DNA of 64,000 bases from Paragordius varius (lineage: Eukaryota > Animalia > Nematomorpha): contig OZ176054.1 of NCBI GenBank assembly GCA_964247055.1, forward strand, positions 13,144,001-13,208,000, written 5' to 3'. Numbering within the stretch: the stretch's first letter is position 1; each line of letters begins with the position of its first letter. The translations under genes were made by a program, and so were the position numbers. This document shows, one piece after another, positions 35,249 through 48,421 of this stretch. The notes beneath the pieces are model-generated. The model did no database searches, was not told where the DNA came from, and saw only the letters and a program-made list of their open reading frames with translations.

Positions 35249-38200
35249 AACTATTGAGAAAAACTAATCTGATTATGTTAAATATATTCAGTTTAAACTT
35301 TTTGCATTTTTATTAAAATAAAAAACTGTTAAAATAGTTTTTATGTATAATTTCATCAATCTTTACTCTACTATATACTTCGGTAAAAATTGATACATAC
35401 CAAACTATTGAGAAAAACTAATCTGATTATGTTAAATATATTCAATTTAAAACTTTTTTAAAATAAATATTCTTTTTTTACTTTTTCTAAGTAAAATTTC
35501 AGTTTTTACTGGATATATTTTTGTAAAATTGATATATATAAACTATGGCCAAAAACTAATCAGATTATGTTAAATATATATTCAATTTAAAACTTTTTGC
35601 ATTTTTATAAACATAAAAAGACTTTGTAAAATAATTTCTATCACCTGAATAATTTGGGCGATTTTTTTCCCTTATTTTCCATTTTATCATAATTTTCATT
35701 TTTATTGTCTTTGTTGTGAATTACAATGTTGTAACAAGCGTCACAAAAGGTCGGAGCTAAAATGCGTTGTGGATAACACGTTAAAGTTTTGATGACCTAG
35801 AAATATTAACATTTCCCATTAATTTATGATTTATTGAATTTTACGTAAAAATTAAAATTATAATAAAACTAAATTAAAATCACTTATATCCACACAAATT
35901 TTTGGCGATATAAATTTTTATTGTTTTTTTTTTCGTAACAAATGTTAGAAAGCTTTTTTTTATTTTTACAAGTTATTTATGAGAAACCCTTGTTATATAA
36001 AAAAAATCAATGAAAAACCATAAATTTATATAATATTTATATGATTTACAAAAAAACGTAAATTTTTTTTATAATATTAAATTCTAACGCATATCCATTT
36101 ATAAAATCACTAATATAAGTTAATTAATAAAAGGAAGTGTAAAGTTTAAGCAGTGCTAAATTATATTGCACAGTTATACTTATTATCAAAAAAATTTATT
36201 TCTTTTGTAATATGGAAATATTTTTAATAATACTTGTTAAAGATTCATTAAATAGCAAATATAAATTTTACTCATGTTTTCATGGGTTATTCCAAAAAAG
36301 TGTCGTGTTAACTTCACATAAAAATAATTTAACAGATGGTAAAAATAAATAATAAATAATTTATAAAACCATTTTCAAATTTCTAGTCAACAGCTGATTG
36401 ACTTGACTGTAATCGTAATCGTCATGGCGGATCCCATATGCCGAATGAATGTAATTCCAAATGGCCCGACGAAACATGGACGTATCTACGTTACTTACAC
36501 AACCCATTCTGGAATATAAAATATTATAAGAATAAAAATTTAGTTTTAAATTATTTTTTTTGGATATCACAATAAAAGAATAATTTGAAATAAATTTTCT
36601 ATAATATATATTGAAATTAATTTCAATTTCAAAAATGTTTAAAATTTCACGGGACTTAAAAAATAAACATAAAAACAATTTTTTCAAATTTAAATAAAAT
36701 GACAAACTTCCGATTGGTACAAATATATAAAAAACTTTTTTTATGCAAAAATAATCTCAAAGTATTTTTCATTATTAAGTTTTATATTTATCAAAAATCA
36801 AAAGATTTAAAAAGTATGGTTGGTTGAAATATTATTTGTCTTTATATTTGCACATTTTGTCCGTAATTCGCTTTTTACTGTATTAAATTTTTAAGTGAAA
36901 ATAAAAATAATATGCAATTTAAGTGAATTTTTTGACTTTATTTTTAATCATTCAACATATCAATAAAGTTTTTATAGAAATAAATCTATATTTGCACAAA
37001 AAATTAAAAAAAAACATATGTTAATATTTAGTTTATAATTAATAAAATTCATAGTACGTGGAATAAGTAAGGTGATATGCCATACGGAATTTGTCATCTA
37101 ACAGATTGCTTAGCTCAGGACACAATCTATTAACCAGTGCATACCCATGGTGTTCCCAAGAATAATCCTATATAATATATTTTTAAACAACAAAAATAAA
37201 AAAAGAAATTTTAAATAAAATTAATTAATTAATTAAATCAAGTAAAAAGGATGGTAAATAAGAGGTTTATAAAATATATGATTAAGGTATATTAAACAAT
37301 CCTTATTACAGTAAATTTGAAATTATATGGACAAAACGTAAAAATGTTACGATAAAAATTTTTTTGAAAAGATTTTCATACTTTTTTTATAACAAAATCA
37401 TTTGATAACAATCGTAAAATATGTAATTAATTGTGCCAATATACATTGTTATTTTATACTTTGGAGTTTAAGACAATGAGTTATATTTTAAAAAACCAAG
37501 TTTTTGTCGTTATTTTTTTACATTTTGTCCGTATAATTTCATTTTTTACTGATAGGCATTTATATAAATATAAAATATATCAAAAAAATTGGAATTTACA
37601 AAAAAACGCACTGTTTTTTTCAGATCTCATCTCTATATAGAAAAAAAACTTGGTTTTTTACTCAAGGGTAATTTTATCAAATTATTACATTTTACTCTAT
37701 TTTATACATCATTTTACTTTAAAAAAAACCAAAATTTATCTAATACAATATTGTAAATAAATTCTCAAACAAATTATAATTTAGAAGAAATATAAACTTG
37801 AATTCTAAAGGTAGGGGCTTGACTAGGATGGTCTCGCTTAGCAAAATCAACGTAAGAAAAAGTTTCATCAGCGGAAATAAAAGTTGAAGCTTTAACTAAA
37901 TCCAACACTTCCGTGAGATTAGAACCGTCTCGTTTAAGCTTATTCCTCCAATCTTCAGTTTTGTTTTCATCTCTGACCATGGTTAAAATTTGATATTATA
38001 TACCATTTACACAAATTCAAATTCACTCTTAAACAATTCAAAATGACCCTTAAGCGATTCTAATTCACCCTTAAACAATTCATATTCACCCTTAAACAAT
38101 TCATATTCACCCTTAAACAATTTAAATTCACCCTTAAACAATTCAAAAAAAAATTCAAATTGAACCCTAAAAATAAATTATGTGTTTTCGGGCAGCTAAT

Positions 38201-40539
38201 ATAACCCATCATCATTAATATGAAATATATTTTTAAGAACATATATTATTCGGCATTATATTAATTTTAAACAGAATTTCGTATTTTAAAAATATTAAAA
38301 AATAATGGTAGATTATAATCGTAAAAAACATATAATTTATTTTAGAGTGAATTTAAATTGTTTGAGGGTGAATTTGAATTGTTCAAGGGTGAATTTGAAT
38401 TGTCCGAGGGTGAATTTGAATTGGAAATGATAAAGCAAAGGATGAAAGGACATACGTCAAAATATAAAGACAATAATTTTTCTCAAAAGACAACTACATT
38501 TTTTAAACTTGATTGTTTTTTAAAAATAACTAAATGTTTTGAACTGCAAAGTAAGAAATAGTTGTGTAAAAGGGTAATATAATCAATTATCTATTTTATA
38601 TAATTTGTGGCGGAAAAACTAAGTTTCCTAGCAGTATGAGGTTATTTTTTTAAAAAAAATTATATGTCTTTATGTTTTTAAGTTTTGTCCGTAAAATTTT
38701 AGTAGGCAATCAAAATGTAAAAATAAAAGTATGGTAAAAATAAATATTAAATATATATCACTATTGGTTTCCCCCAAAACTATAAAAATTAAGGATAAAA
38801 AAATATTTTTTAACAAAATTCATATTATAAGCAACATGGTATACTTTTGACAAAAAAATATTTTATTCATTTTATATACCATTTACAATTCAAATTCACC
38901 CCCTGAACAATTCAATTTTACCCTTAAACAATTCAAATTCACCCTCAAATAAATAACATGTTTTTTAAGATTAAAAAATACCAATATTTTTATATATTTT
39001 TAAAAAATAAAAATTTTGTTTTAAAATCATACTGAAAAAATAATAAACTATAACATAAACATATATTTCATATTTATAATGAGTTATATTAGCTGTCCGA
39101 AAACATATAATATATTTTTAGGGTGAATATGAATTGTTCAAGGGTCAATTTGAACAGTAAATGGTATATATTTATTCTAGGAAATATTAGTAAATTAATT
39201 TTCATCTATATTCCAATATTCGTAAACTAAAACGATTGTTTGTGCCTTTAACTTTTACTTGAGTGTTTAAAATATATTTTTAACTTGTTTAAACAACTTT
39301 TAGCAAATATGCTTTTACTTGAAATTATTCGTTCGACGCAAGTTAGTTTCATCGAATTGAAGTAAGAGGGATGATGGACAACTACTGTTTGTCGTCGTGT
39401 TGTCTTCATCAGAAGTAATTCCACTTTGAGGTGAACTCAACAAGACATTGAAATTGGGGTTTTTAATCACATTCTTTCAAATTTAATAATAAAAATTATA
39501 ATTTTAAAGATAAAAATTGAATTAAAATTAAATCAAAGATTAATCCATAAAAATGTAAAAAAATAAAAGACAATTTTTTTTCTAAAAAAACAACCCCATA
39601 CATGGTTAAAGAAACCTTAATTTATCCTATAAAAAACATTTAATTATAATCAAATACATTAATGAATGTGTTATCAATTTCCATTTCTATATAAAACAAT
39701 GAGAGTTATATTTAAAAATATTAAGATTAAAAGTCTATTGGAAAAAATATATGTCTTTATATTTTAACATTTGTCCGTATAATTTCAATTTTTACCGTAA
39801 AATTAATGTATCAAAATTACTGAAAGAGACAAATATTTTTTGGTATATAAAGATAGCCCCATACTTTTTTGAACACACCTTGATTTTTATTAAGTATGTA
39901 ACCTATTGATTATTTTGGATTGCAAGCATAGGGAGAAACATAAATAGGGTTACAAAATTATATTAGTTTATGTGGGAAATATCAAGGTATAAAAAAGTAT
40001 GGCTATCTATAAATTGTCTATTGTTAGGGTAATATATAAGGACAAACCCTTAAAACTAAAAGAAAAATATAATAAAAAAGACATTTTTTTTATAAATAAA
40101 AAGACCCCAAAATTATTTTATAAAAACATTGATATTTTATATATATTTTACATGTTAACAATTTGGAATTTCATAGGTGTCTTTACTAATTTATGTATCT
40201 ATTTTCCTCAATTTATCGCCCCAAAATAATAGGTTATATTACTTGTAAAATTAATCAAGGTTATAATATAAAATCGTCTTCATATATGTTATATAGGATA
40301 ATTTTATTTCAATTAACATACTGCAGTTTCTAGCGTGGATTCAAAGGTATAATTTTTTAATGTAGTTTGTGGAGGTTCAGGTTTAATGGTCATAGCCAGG
40401 GCGATATCTATTGCTTTTTGAGATGAGGGTGTTGCTATATATATGTAGGAAAAAATTATTGAACATTTTTTAGAAATATTGTGACTCAAACTAATGTTTT
40501 AACACATCATCCAGTTAAAGTTTTTTAATCAAAAGTTTG

Positions 40540-40576
<37 letters not shown>

Positions 40577-41039
40577 AAAAAATTATTAAACATTTTTATA
40601 AATTGTAAAATAAAAATCTAATGTTTTAACAATATAAACATTTTTATAAATTGTAGAATAAAAATCTAATGTTTTAACACATCATCTAAAGTTTTTTAAT
40701 CAATCGCTTTTTTTATTTATATATATTAAAGGAAAAAATTATCAAACATTTTTATAAATTGTAGAATAAAAATCTAATGTTTTAACACATCATCAAGTTT
40801 TTTAATCAATCGCTTTTTTTATTTATATATATATAGGAAAAAATTTATTAAACATTTATAAATTGTAGAATAAAAATCTAATGTTTTAACACATCATCCA
40901 GTTAAAGTTTGTTAATCAAAAGTTCGTTTATATATATATATATATATATATAATTATTAAACATTTTTATAAATTGTAGAATTAAATTGATGTTTTAACA
41001 CATCATCCAGTTAAATTTTTAATCAAAAGTTCGCTTTTT

Positions 41040-41083
<44 letters not shown>

Positions 41084-44000
41084 AAAAAATTTATGAAACA
41101 TTTTTAGAAATATTGTGACTTAAACTAATGTTTTAACACATCATCCAGTTAAAGTTTTTTAATCAAAAGTTCACTTTTATATATATATATATATATAGAA
41201 AAAAATTATTTTTATATATCGTGACTTAAACTAATGTTTTAACATCACCCAGTCAAAGTTTTTTAATCAAAAGTTTGCTTTTTTAAGAAAAAATCTTTTT
41301 TTTACCCATAAAACTTATAATTACAGGTGATCAAATATGGGTAATAAAGTGTGAATAAGGCATCAATTAACCTCAAATTAAAAACTTTAAATCTAAATTT
41401 ATTAAGAGTTGACTTCTTTTTATACTTAAACATATATTTTACCTAAAAAATAGTCCTTTGGAAAAAACTTAAATATTTTAATATTCTACCTTACCATAAC
41501 TTACCTCACATATTTTAAGGCTTTAAAATTCAAATTTTACAAACAAAAGAGAATATATAAAGCCAGCCAATTACACTTAATATTGAAAAATTTTACAGTA
41601 TATATGCCTTTCAATGGTTACTTATTTCATAACACTATAGTAGGGGGCAATTTGCAACAAAAGATTATATCGAAAAAAAGGAAATGAAAAAATTGTTAAT
41701 TCGAAATTTTATTGTTTTTTCCATACATTCCTGTGTTGAAATCGCTCTCTACTATAGTGTTGTGAACTAAGCACCATTAAAATAAATGCATACTGTAAAT
41801 TTTTACTGTAAAATTGAATAAAATAATTATAATAGCAGGTCAATTCACAATAGTATATCGAAAAAACGGAAAGAAAAAATTGTTTATTCAATATTTTTTA
41901 GTTTTTTTTTTTTTCATACTAAAAATTGCCCAATTATATATAGTTTGAAATAAGCAACCATTAAAATAAATGCAGGCATATTGTAAAATTTTACTGTAAA
42001 ATTAAAAAAAATTGTTTAATCAACGTTTTGTTGTTTTATCATACATTCCTGTGTGGAAATTTCTCAAAATAAGCAACCATTAAAATAAATGCATACTATA
42101 AATTTTTACTGTAAAATTGAAAAAAAAACTTAATCATGATAGTAGGGGGCAATTTGCAACACAATAGTATATCGAAAAAAAGAATTTTTTTCATTATTTT
42201 GTTGTTTTTTTCATACACTTATGTGTTGAAATTGCCTAACTAAGAAACCATTTAAAATGAATGCATACTGTAAATTATTTTTACTGTAAAATTGAAAAAT
42301 CTCAATAGTGTATCGAAAAAAAAGATATGAAAAAATAGTCTATTCAATATTTGGTCGTTTTTTCCATAAACAATACTGTTGTGTTTCAAATTGCCCCCTA
42401 CTAACGTGTTGAAATTGCTCAAAATAAGAAACCATTAATGAATACATACTGGAAATTTTACTTTAAAACTGAAAAAAAAACTTTATTCTTTACCCGGAGA
42501 TATGGTATTAACATCTTGTGCCATTTCAATGTTGGTGTTTCCAGGAAACATTTCATAATTCTCATTATTGTTATCTAAATCCTGAGCTCGAATCTTTTGA
42601 TGTAAAACTTTCATTTTAGTTATCAGGGCGTCGACAGTCACCTCTTCAAAAGCTTCCAACTATGTTTTAGTATGCAGAAGAGTAAAATTTAGACGGGTTA
42701 TATTATTAGGGTTTAAGAACATTTTAAACATAAAATACAGTCATGTTGTCGTTTATTTTTTTATTAGGCAAATCCCTTAACCTATAAACAACCCTAGATA
42801 AAAACACTTGATGAAAACCTCAGAATTTGGAATTAACAGTCCTATTTTATAACATCCAAGGGGGTTTGTAAAAGACTTTGGTCATGATTTTTAATCAAGA
42901 TGCTATAATTAAACAAATTTTTATGTACAATCCATAGATGTGTTAAATAATGACATATCTATTTAAGTTTCAACAATCTATAACTAATCGATAAGCATAA
43001 TTTATATATTGGCAATATATACTCATCTTTCTGGCTTAAACTGCTGTGAATAATGTTAAAATAAAATAGTTTTTATATTGTTTAATGTAAAACACTCATA
43101 TTAATTAAGGATAACCTTTAACGTCAAACAAAGTAAAAACTATTCCCCCTATTAAAATCAAAGATTTTCAAAAAGTCTCAAAAAAATTTCTCTATCTGTA
43201 AAATTTTACGCAATCTTCGCCCTCGTCTACTGTGTTAAGTTGTAAATCATCATTTGCGGATGGTTCTATCAGAGAATTCTCGTTTTCGGTTGTTGAAACA
43301 AGCAAAACCTTTCTATTCAGCAGGGGTGTACTCGAGTTAGGGTTAATATTACTTGTTTGCAATGGATATGAGAGGGGTGTATCCGTTAACAAAGAGTTTT
43401 TATTGCTTTGTTCTATATCATCATACAAGTAAAAACAGTAAAAAAAGTTTAAAGTTGAATAACTTAAAATAAATTTACATTTTTATTTTACATTTGACAT
43501 AATTCACATATAAAATATATAATTTTAATGATTTATAGTTTTAATTAATAGGAAAATTATACAATGACGATATTTCTAAAGAGTTAGGCGTGAATTAAAT
43601 ATATATATGTGCGTTTGAAAAAATATTTTATAATATAATTAGGTATATACTGTAATTTTTTATAATTTCAAGTACAAGGTTTAGAAACCCTAAGTTTCAT
43701 ATTTCACATGGAGACACTTAAAATTCAGATATATAATATATGGTTGATACCTTAACTCACCCCCTTTAAACCAGTAAAAACACTCTATAAGCCCTTTAAA
43801 AACTTAACATTTAAACCCAATTTCAAATCAAAAAACCAATTTTTATATTAGGTAACCACCGTCCTTGTTAAAACTGTTAATCTTATAATTTTCAAGTCAA
43901 ATTTCTTAAATTAGAGCTTTAAAACCTAAAAAAGTACGCCCTAAAATTTCCTATTTTAAACGTAACAAATTCATTTAAACCTCAAAATTTTCCAACCCAA

Positions 44001-47000
44001 AAAAGTTAAATTTCGTTATTTTTTCTTTTTTAAGCTTTAACCCTAAACAAAAGTCTCTTAACCCTTTAAAAACTTCATTTAAATCTAATTTGAAACTAAT
44101 GAACCAATTTTTTACCAATTAACCAAAATTTTACTTGTGACATCGTCCCTGTAAAACTTTTAATCTAAGTCAAATTTTTTAATTAACTTTAAAACCTAAA
44201 AACTACGCCTTTAAATTCCTTTTTACATCCAACAAATTCATTTAACCCCAAAATTTTCATTATCCTTTCTTTTCCAGTTTTTCGAACCTTTAAACCTCTA
44301 AACAACAGTCTCTTAACCTTTCAGTTTATTCATTTCAATCCAATTTTAACCCATTTTTAAAGCAAAATATCAATCCAATTTTCACAATCAAAAAATTCAA
44401 TAATACCAAATATCAATCCAATTTTCACAATCTAAAAACACAAAAAAAATCCAATTTTAACAATCAAAAAAACTCAAAAAAACAATAAAATCCAATTTTC
44501 AAAATTTAAAAACCAAAATATCAATCCAATTTTTACAATCAAAAAACCAAAAAAACCCGAAGAAATCCAATTTTCACAGTCAAAAAAACTCAAAAAACCC
44601 GAAAAAATTTCAATTCAATTTAAACCAAAATGTCAATCCAATTTTCAATCAAAAAACCCAAAAAATCCAAAAAAACACAAAAAACCTAAAAAAACCCAAT
44701 TTTCACAATCAAAAAACCAAAAAAATCCAAAAAAAACCCAATTTCCACATTCAAAAAAAACCCGAAAATAACAAACCATTACTTGTAAGACCTTCTCCGC
44801 TAATATTATATAGACCATGTTTTTTGCGATAATCCCCGTAGAGTTGAGTAAGCGTAGCATGAAAAGCTTGTTGAGTTAAATCATAAAGCCAAGCGCAACC
44901 AAACACAAGACTACACAATCCCTGGAAATGAGTCAGCAAAGTTATGGCAAAAACCAATTCACCCGGATTCCAATTGTTTTGGGGTAGATCGTTTCTCATT
45001 ACATGCTATTATTAGATATCATTTAAGGTAATTACTTTCTAAAAAAAGGTTTAGTAAAACTATGTTTTGGGGTAAATCGTTTCTCATTACGTACTATTAT
45101 TAGATATATAAAAAGTTTTTAAGTTTAAAAATCTTTTTGAGAGTTTATATTACAGTTTTTGATATCTTTTATAAACTTTTTTTATATTTCCAATTGTTTT
45201 GGGGTAGATCGTTTCTCATAACATGCTATTATTAGATATTTAAAGTATTTATCTTCCTAAAAAATGCTTTTTTGTGAGATTTCTAATGACTATCTTATGT
45301 GATACATAAAAGAGCTTTTGATATAATAAACTAATTTACTTATATTTCCAGTTGTTTTGGGGTAAATCAATATGCTATTATTTGATATAAAAAGTTTTTA
45401 GATATTGAAAAGTATTTAGCTTTAAAAATTTGTGAGTTTTTTAAAGGCTATTTTATGTGAAATAATAGAGCTTTTGATATCTTTAATAAGCTAATTTTCT
45501 TATATTTCCAATTGTTTTTGGGGCAGATCGTTTCTCATTAGAAATTTATTAAAGTATTTAGTTTTCAAGAGTTTTTTAAGAGTTTTAAGACCATTTTATG
45601 GAATATAGTATAGTTTTCGATATTTCCAATTGTTTTGGGGTAAATCGTTTCTCATTACGTGCTATCAAATAGAAAATTATTAGATTTTTGTTAAAGTAAT
45701 TACTTTCTAAAAAAGATTTTTTGTAAGTTTTTTAATGACTTACAGTAAAGTTTTTAATATTTCCAATTTTTTGGGGGATAAAACGGTTCTCATTACGTGC
45801 TGTAGAGGTAATGAAATTATTAGATATTTATTAAAGTATTTAACTTCTTAAATAAGATTTTTTGAGTTTTTAATGACTATGTTATGTGAAATAATAGAGT
45901 TTTTGATATCTTTAATAAAATATTAATCGTTTCTCGAAACGTGCTAGAGGCAAAAAAATGCTGTAAATATAATTAATAATTAAATTTCCTAAAAATTTGT
46001 GAGTTTTTTTGAAATATTTATTTCTCTTTTATATTTAAATTTGCTCACAACAATTTTACGATATTAAAAACACTTTTTACTTTAATAAGTGCTCGATCAA
46101 TTCTCCAGGGTTGATGTGCCAACAACTTATTGATTTCAAACAAATTTTTCATTTTTTGAGGGATGGCTTCAGAATCAAACAACCAATCCATATCACCTCC
46201 GGAATTTAAGAATTCGCGCATTTGATTCACCATGAGCGGACGACAATTGTAACAACTCACGGCCTTTTAGAGGAGTATATTTGCACAAATAAGGAAAAAT
46301 ATCATTAAGTTTGTCATAACCTAAATTCTTTTAAAAAAAGGTAACCACTTTAAAATTTGATATTATACGCTTTAAATTGGTCATTTCACTTTTTAAGCTT
46401 GTTCTTATAAGTGTTTAACCCTTCATATCAAAATTGTACAGCCATTAAACATATCATATTTGAACTTTCATCTAATTATCCAAACATTTTTATTTAAATG
46501 ATAAAATTAGTATGTTTTTGGACTGGTAATAAATTGTTTGTATTCAGCATAAGTTAAAAATGTTAAAATAAAAGTGAGGCATTTGTATAGTTGAATTATA
46601 AATTAATGGTATATTATGTTTTCTGGATATGTAAAAGTGCCAATAAAACGCGAAACTAAAAAATTACCATAAGCGCAATAAAATGGCGATCGGCGTAAGA
46701 GAGTGAGAAATTGCCTTTCAACAAGAAATTGTGCATACGATAAAACTTTTCAAAGTATTTGGGATGAAGGGTTAAGACATACGTCACTTTTTCCAAAATA
46801 GCATCATCACGTGTCTCGATATCAGCTGTTTCCGTTTTGCTTGGTTTAGCGGGAGTGGTAATGTTCATGTTGGTCGTTACATAATCTGGACAATATTTCA
46901 ACATGGTTTGTGTTATGGGCGCCACACATTTATAAGATGGCGGATCATTCAGCAATTCGTCTTCGGCAGCGCTTGAGTCTAAATCATCTGATGAATGCAA

Positions 47001-48421
47001 TAATCCAAACTCAACACTTGCGATTTTGGGGTCATTGTACTTTTCAAAAGCTGTTGTTTGATCCACATTTTCATTTTGAGGTAAAACGTGTTGTTCTGTG
47101 TTAATCGTTTGGTCGTCACATGACTTTGGGGCGATCGTCTGCGTTAACCCATCAACAGATTGAATGTTTTGTGAACTGCTCCGATTACTTGAATTACTTT
47201 CACTAACCAGTTTAGGACTACCAATTACTACAGAACTTGATGGTCCAGCATTATTTGTCATAATGAGAATATTGCCGTCTGTTTCATACAAGGGTAGGGC
47301 CGTCGACGAGATCAGCTGAGATTTTTTGGGTCCGGCGGTGTGGTCACCACGTGAAACACTTGATTGGTGATGGCGGATTTTAACGTGATCACCTGTTTCA
47401 GTTTCTGTGTTTGTTACAGGAGAGTAAAGGTCATTTTGTTGCGACAATGGTACGCTAAAATATAATTTTATTAACGAGTTAATGAATATTAAAATGAAAT
47501 TAAAATATTTGCAATAAAGTCACTAACGTGTTTTTATTCATTAAAAACATAAATGTTGTTTTATAAATAAAAGCGGTGTATAAATATATTTCATGGTTAA
47601 TTACATTATATAAACGATTAATTATACATATACGAATCGATTTGCCGATATATTTTACATTTATAATTTGTAAAAATAAAATTATAAATGAAATTTTGGT
47701 TTCAGAAAAAAATTGTAAAATATAAAATTTGAATATTTTATTTTTTTTTAAATAGACACACCCCTTCGTAAGTTAACTATTATAAACTTTATGTATTAAA
47801 TATATTTCTATACGACCGACACACATTAAACAAAGTTCATTAATCTCATTACATATGCAATTTAAAATAAAAGATAATTAATTATATTAAAATTTGACAA
47901 CAAAAGTAAAAGCATATATCATGCATAAATTTTGTATTAAAACGAAAAATGCTAATCTAAAATCAATACTTTTTGTGAGTAAATAATATTATAATCAACC
48001 TATTAGTGCTAAAATCGGGTTGATTTTCCTTCAAAATGGATGTTAGATTGGTGGGACCAAAAGGTTTATCACCCAGAGGCGTAAAATCTATGGCCAAAAA
48101 ATCAGCCGAAGTTTTTGGTACGGAAAATGATATTGCAGTAAGTTTTCGATTGGTGCCTTTAAGCGCATTTATACCTCCAATACATTTGTAAGAATGGACA
48201 GTATGTCGATTCAAATTACCTAAAACGAATCTTCTATTGTATTCCATATCGGTGGAATAAGCGTAAGGTTTGTGGTGTCCTTTTTTCGGTTCTTTCGGAG
48301 AGAATGAGGAGGAAAGTAAAAATCTGTGAGTATTATGAGACAATACAGGTGGAGATCCAATAGTTATATCACTAAATTTACATTTAAATATATACCTTTT
48401 CTCAAAATTATTTGCTAACAT
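33567..48421 (-). CDS. SESN: Sestrin, about 1067 aa, 15 exons, with large low-complexity extensions and insertions
   Basis: Exons (minus strand): 48421-48000, 47454-46668, 46263-46081, 45005-44783, 43412-43210, 42659-42494, 40434-40322, 39473-39319, 37972-37798, 37167-37058, 36508-36370, 35796-35645, 34870-34765, 34319-34137, 33653-33567. Phase-consistent (3204 nt). Sestrin motifs: LHPKYF...[50 protein letters not shown]...[30 protein letters not shown]...RHDDYDY, ESEKVHVNL...LYALRAI. The start codon is uncertain. Confidence 0.93.
35230..35600. repeat. Tandem ~150-bp repeat x3 next to a sestrin donor site
   Basis: aaactattgagaaaaactaatctgattatgttaaatatattca at ~35238, 35402 and 35540, preceded by (TA)n. 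Confidence 0.75.
37309..37551. mobile_element. TA-flanked MITE copy
   Basis: TA|cagtaaatttgaaattatatggacaaaacg ... ttttgtccgtataatttcattttttactg. Further partial copies at ~35100-35200, 36780-36880, 38440-38700, 39510-39797 and 48789-48860. Confidence 0.75.
37999..38422. mobile_element. Foldback-like MITE, copy C (right end truncated)
   Basis: tataccatttac with about 7 repeats, then the core, then about 4 inverted repeats. Confidence 0.75.
38875..39168. mobile_element. Foldback-like MITE, copy D
   Basis: tataccatttacaattcaaattcacc ... tttgaacagtaaatggtata; 2-3 repeats per arm. Confidence 0.8.
40435..41290. repeat. Tandem ~110-130-bp repeat (about 8 units) with variable (TA)n spacers, abutting the sestrin exon 7 acceptor
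   Basis: Unit: aggaaaaaattattaaacatttttataaattgtagaataaaaatctaatgttttaacacatcatccagttaaagttttttaatcaaaagt. Confidence 0.85.
41630..42480. repeat. Tandem ~150-200-bp repeat (about 5 degenerate units) abutting the sestrin exon 6 donor
   Basis: Recurring tagtagggggcaatttgcaaca, tatcgaaaaaa, ccatacattcctgtgttgaaat and ccattaaaataaatgcatactgtaaatttttactgtaaaattg. Confidence 0.8.
43780..44770. repeat. Two or three ~260-300-bp units followed by a G-poor ~40-bp minisatellite (about 10 units, 44330-44770)
   Basis: aatccaattttcacaatcaaaaaa repeats run up to the exon 4 donor at 44782. Confidence 0.75.
44968..45950 (-). repeat. Tandem array (8 units) that includes the sestrin exon 4 splice acceptor and its first codons
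   Basis: On the + strand, caattgttttggggtagatcgtttctcattacatgctattattagatat or variants at ~44970 (true exon), 45063, 45190, 45348, 45508, 45625, 45762 and 45926. Confidence 0.9.

Noticed and set aside
15987-48421. U12-type or non-canonical introns
   Set aside because: All modelled introns are GT-AG and none has the GTATCCTT or ATATCCTT donor.
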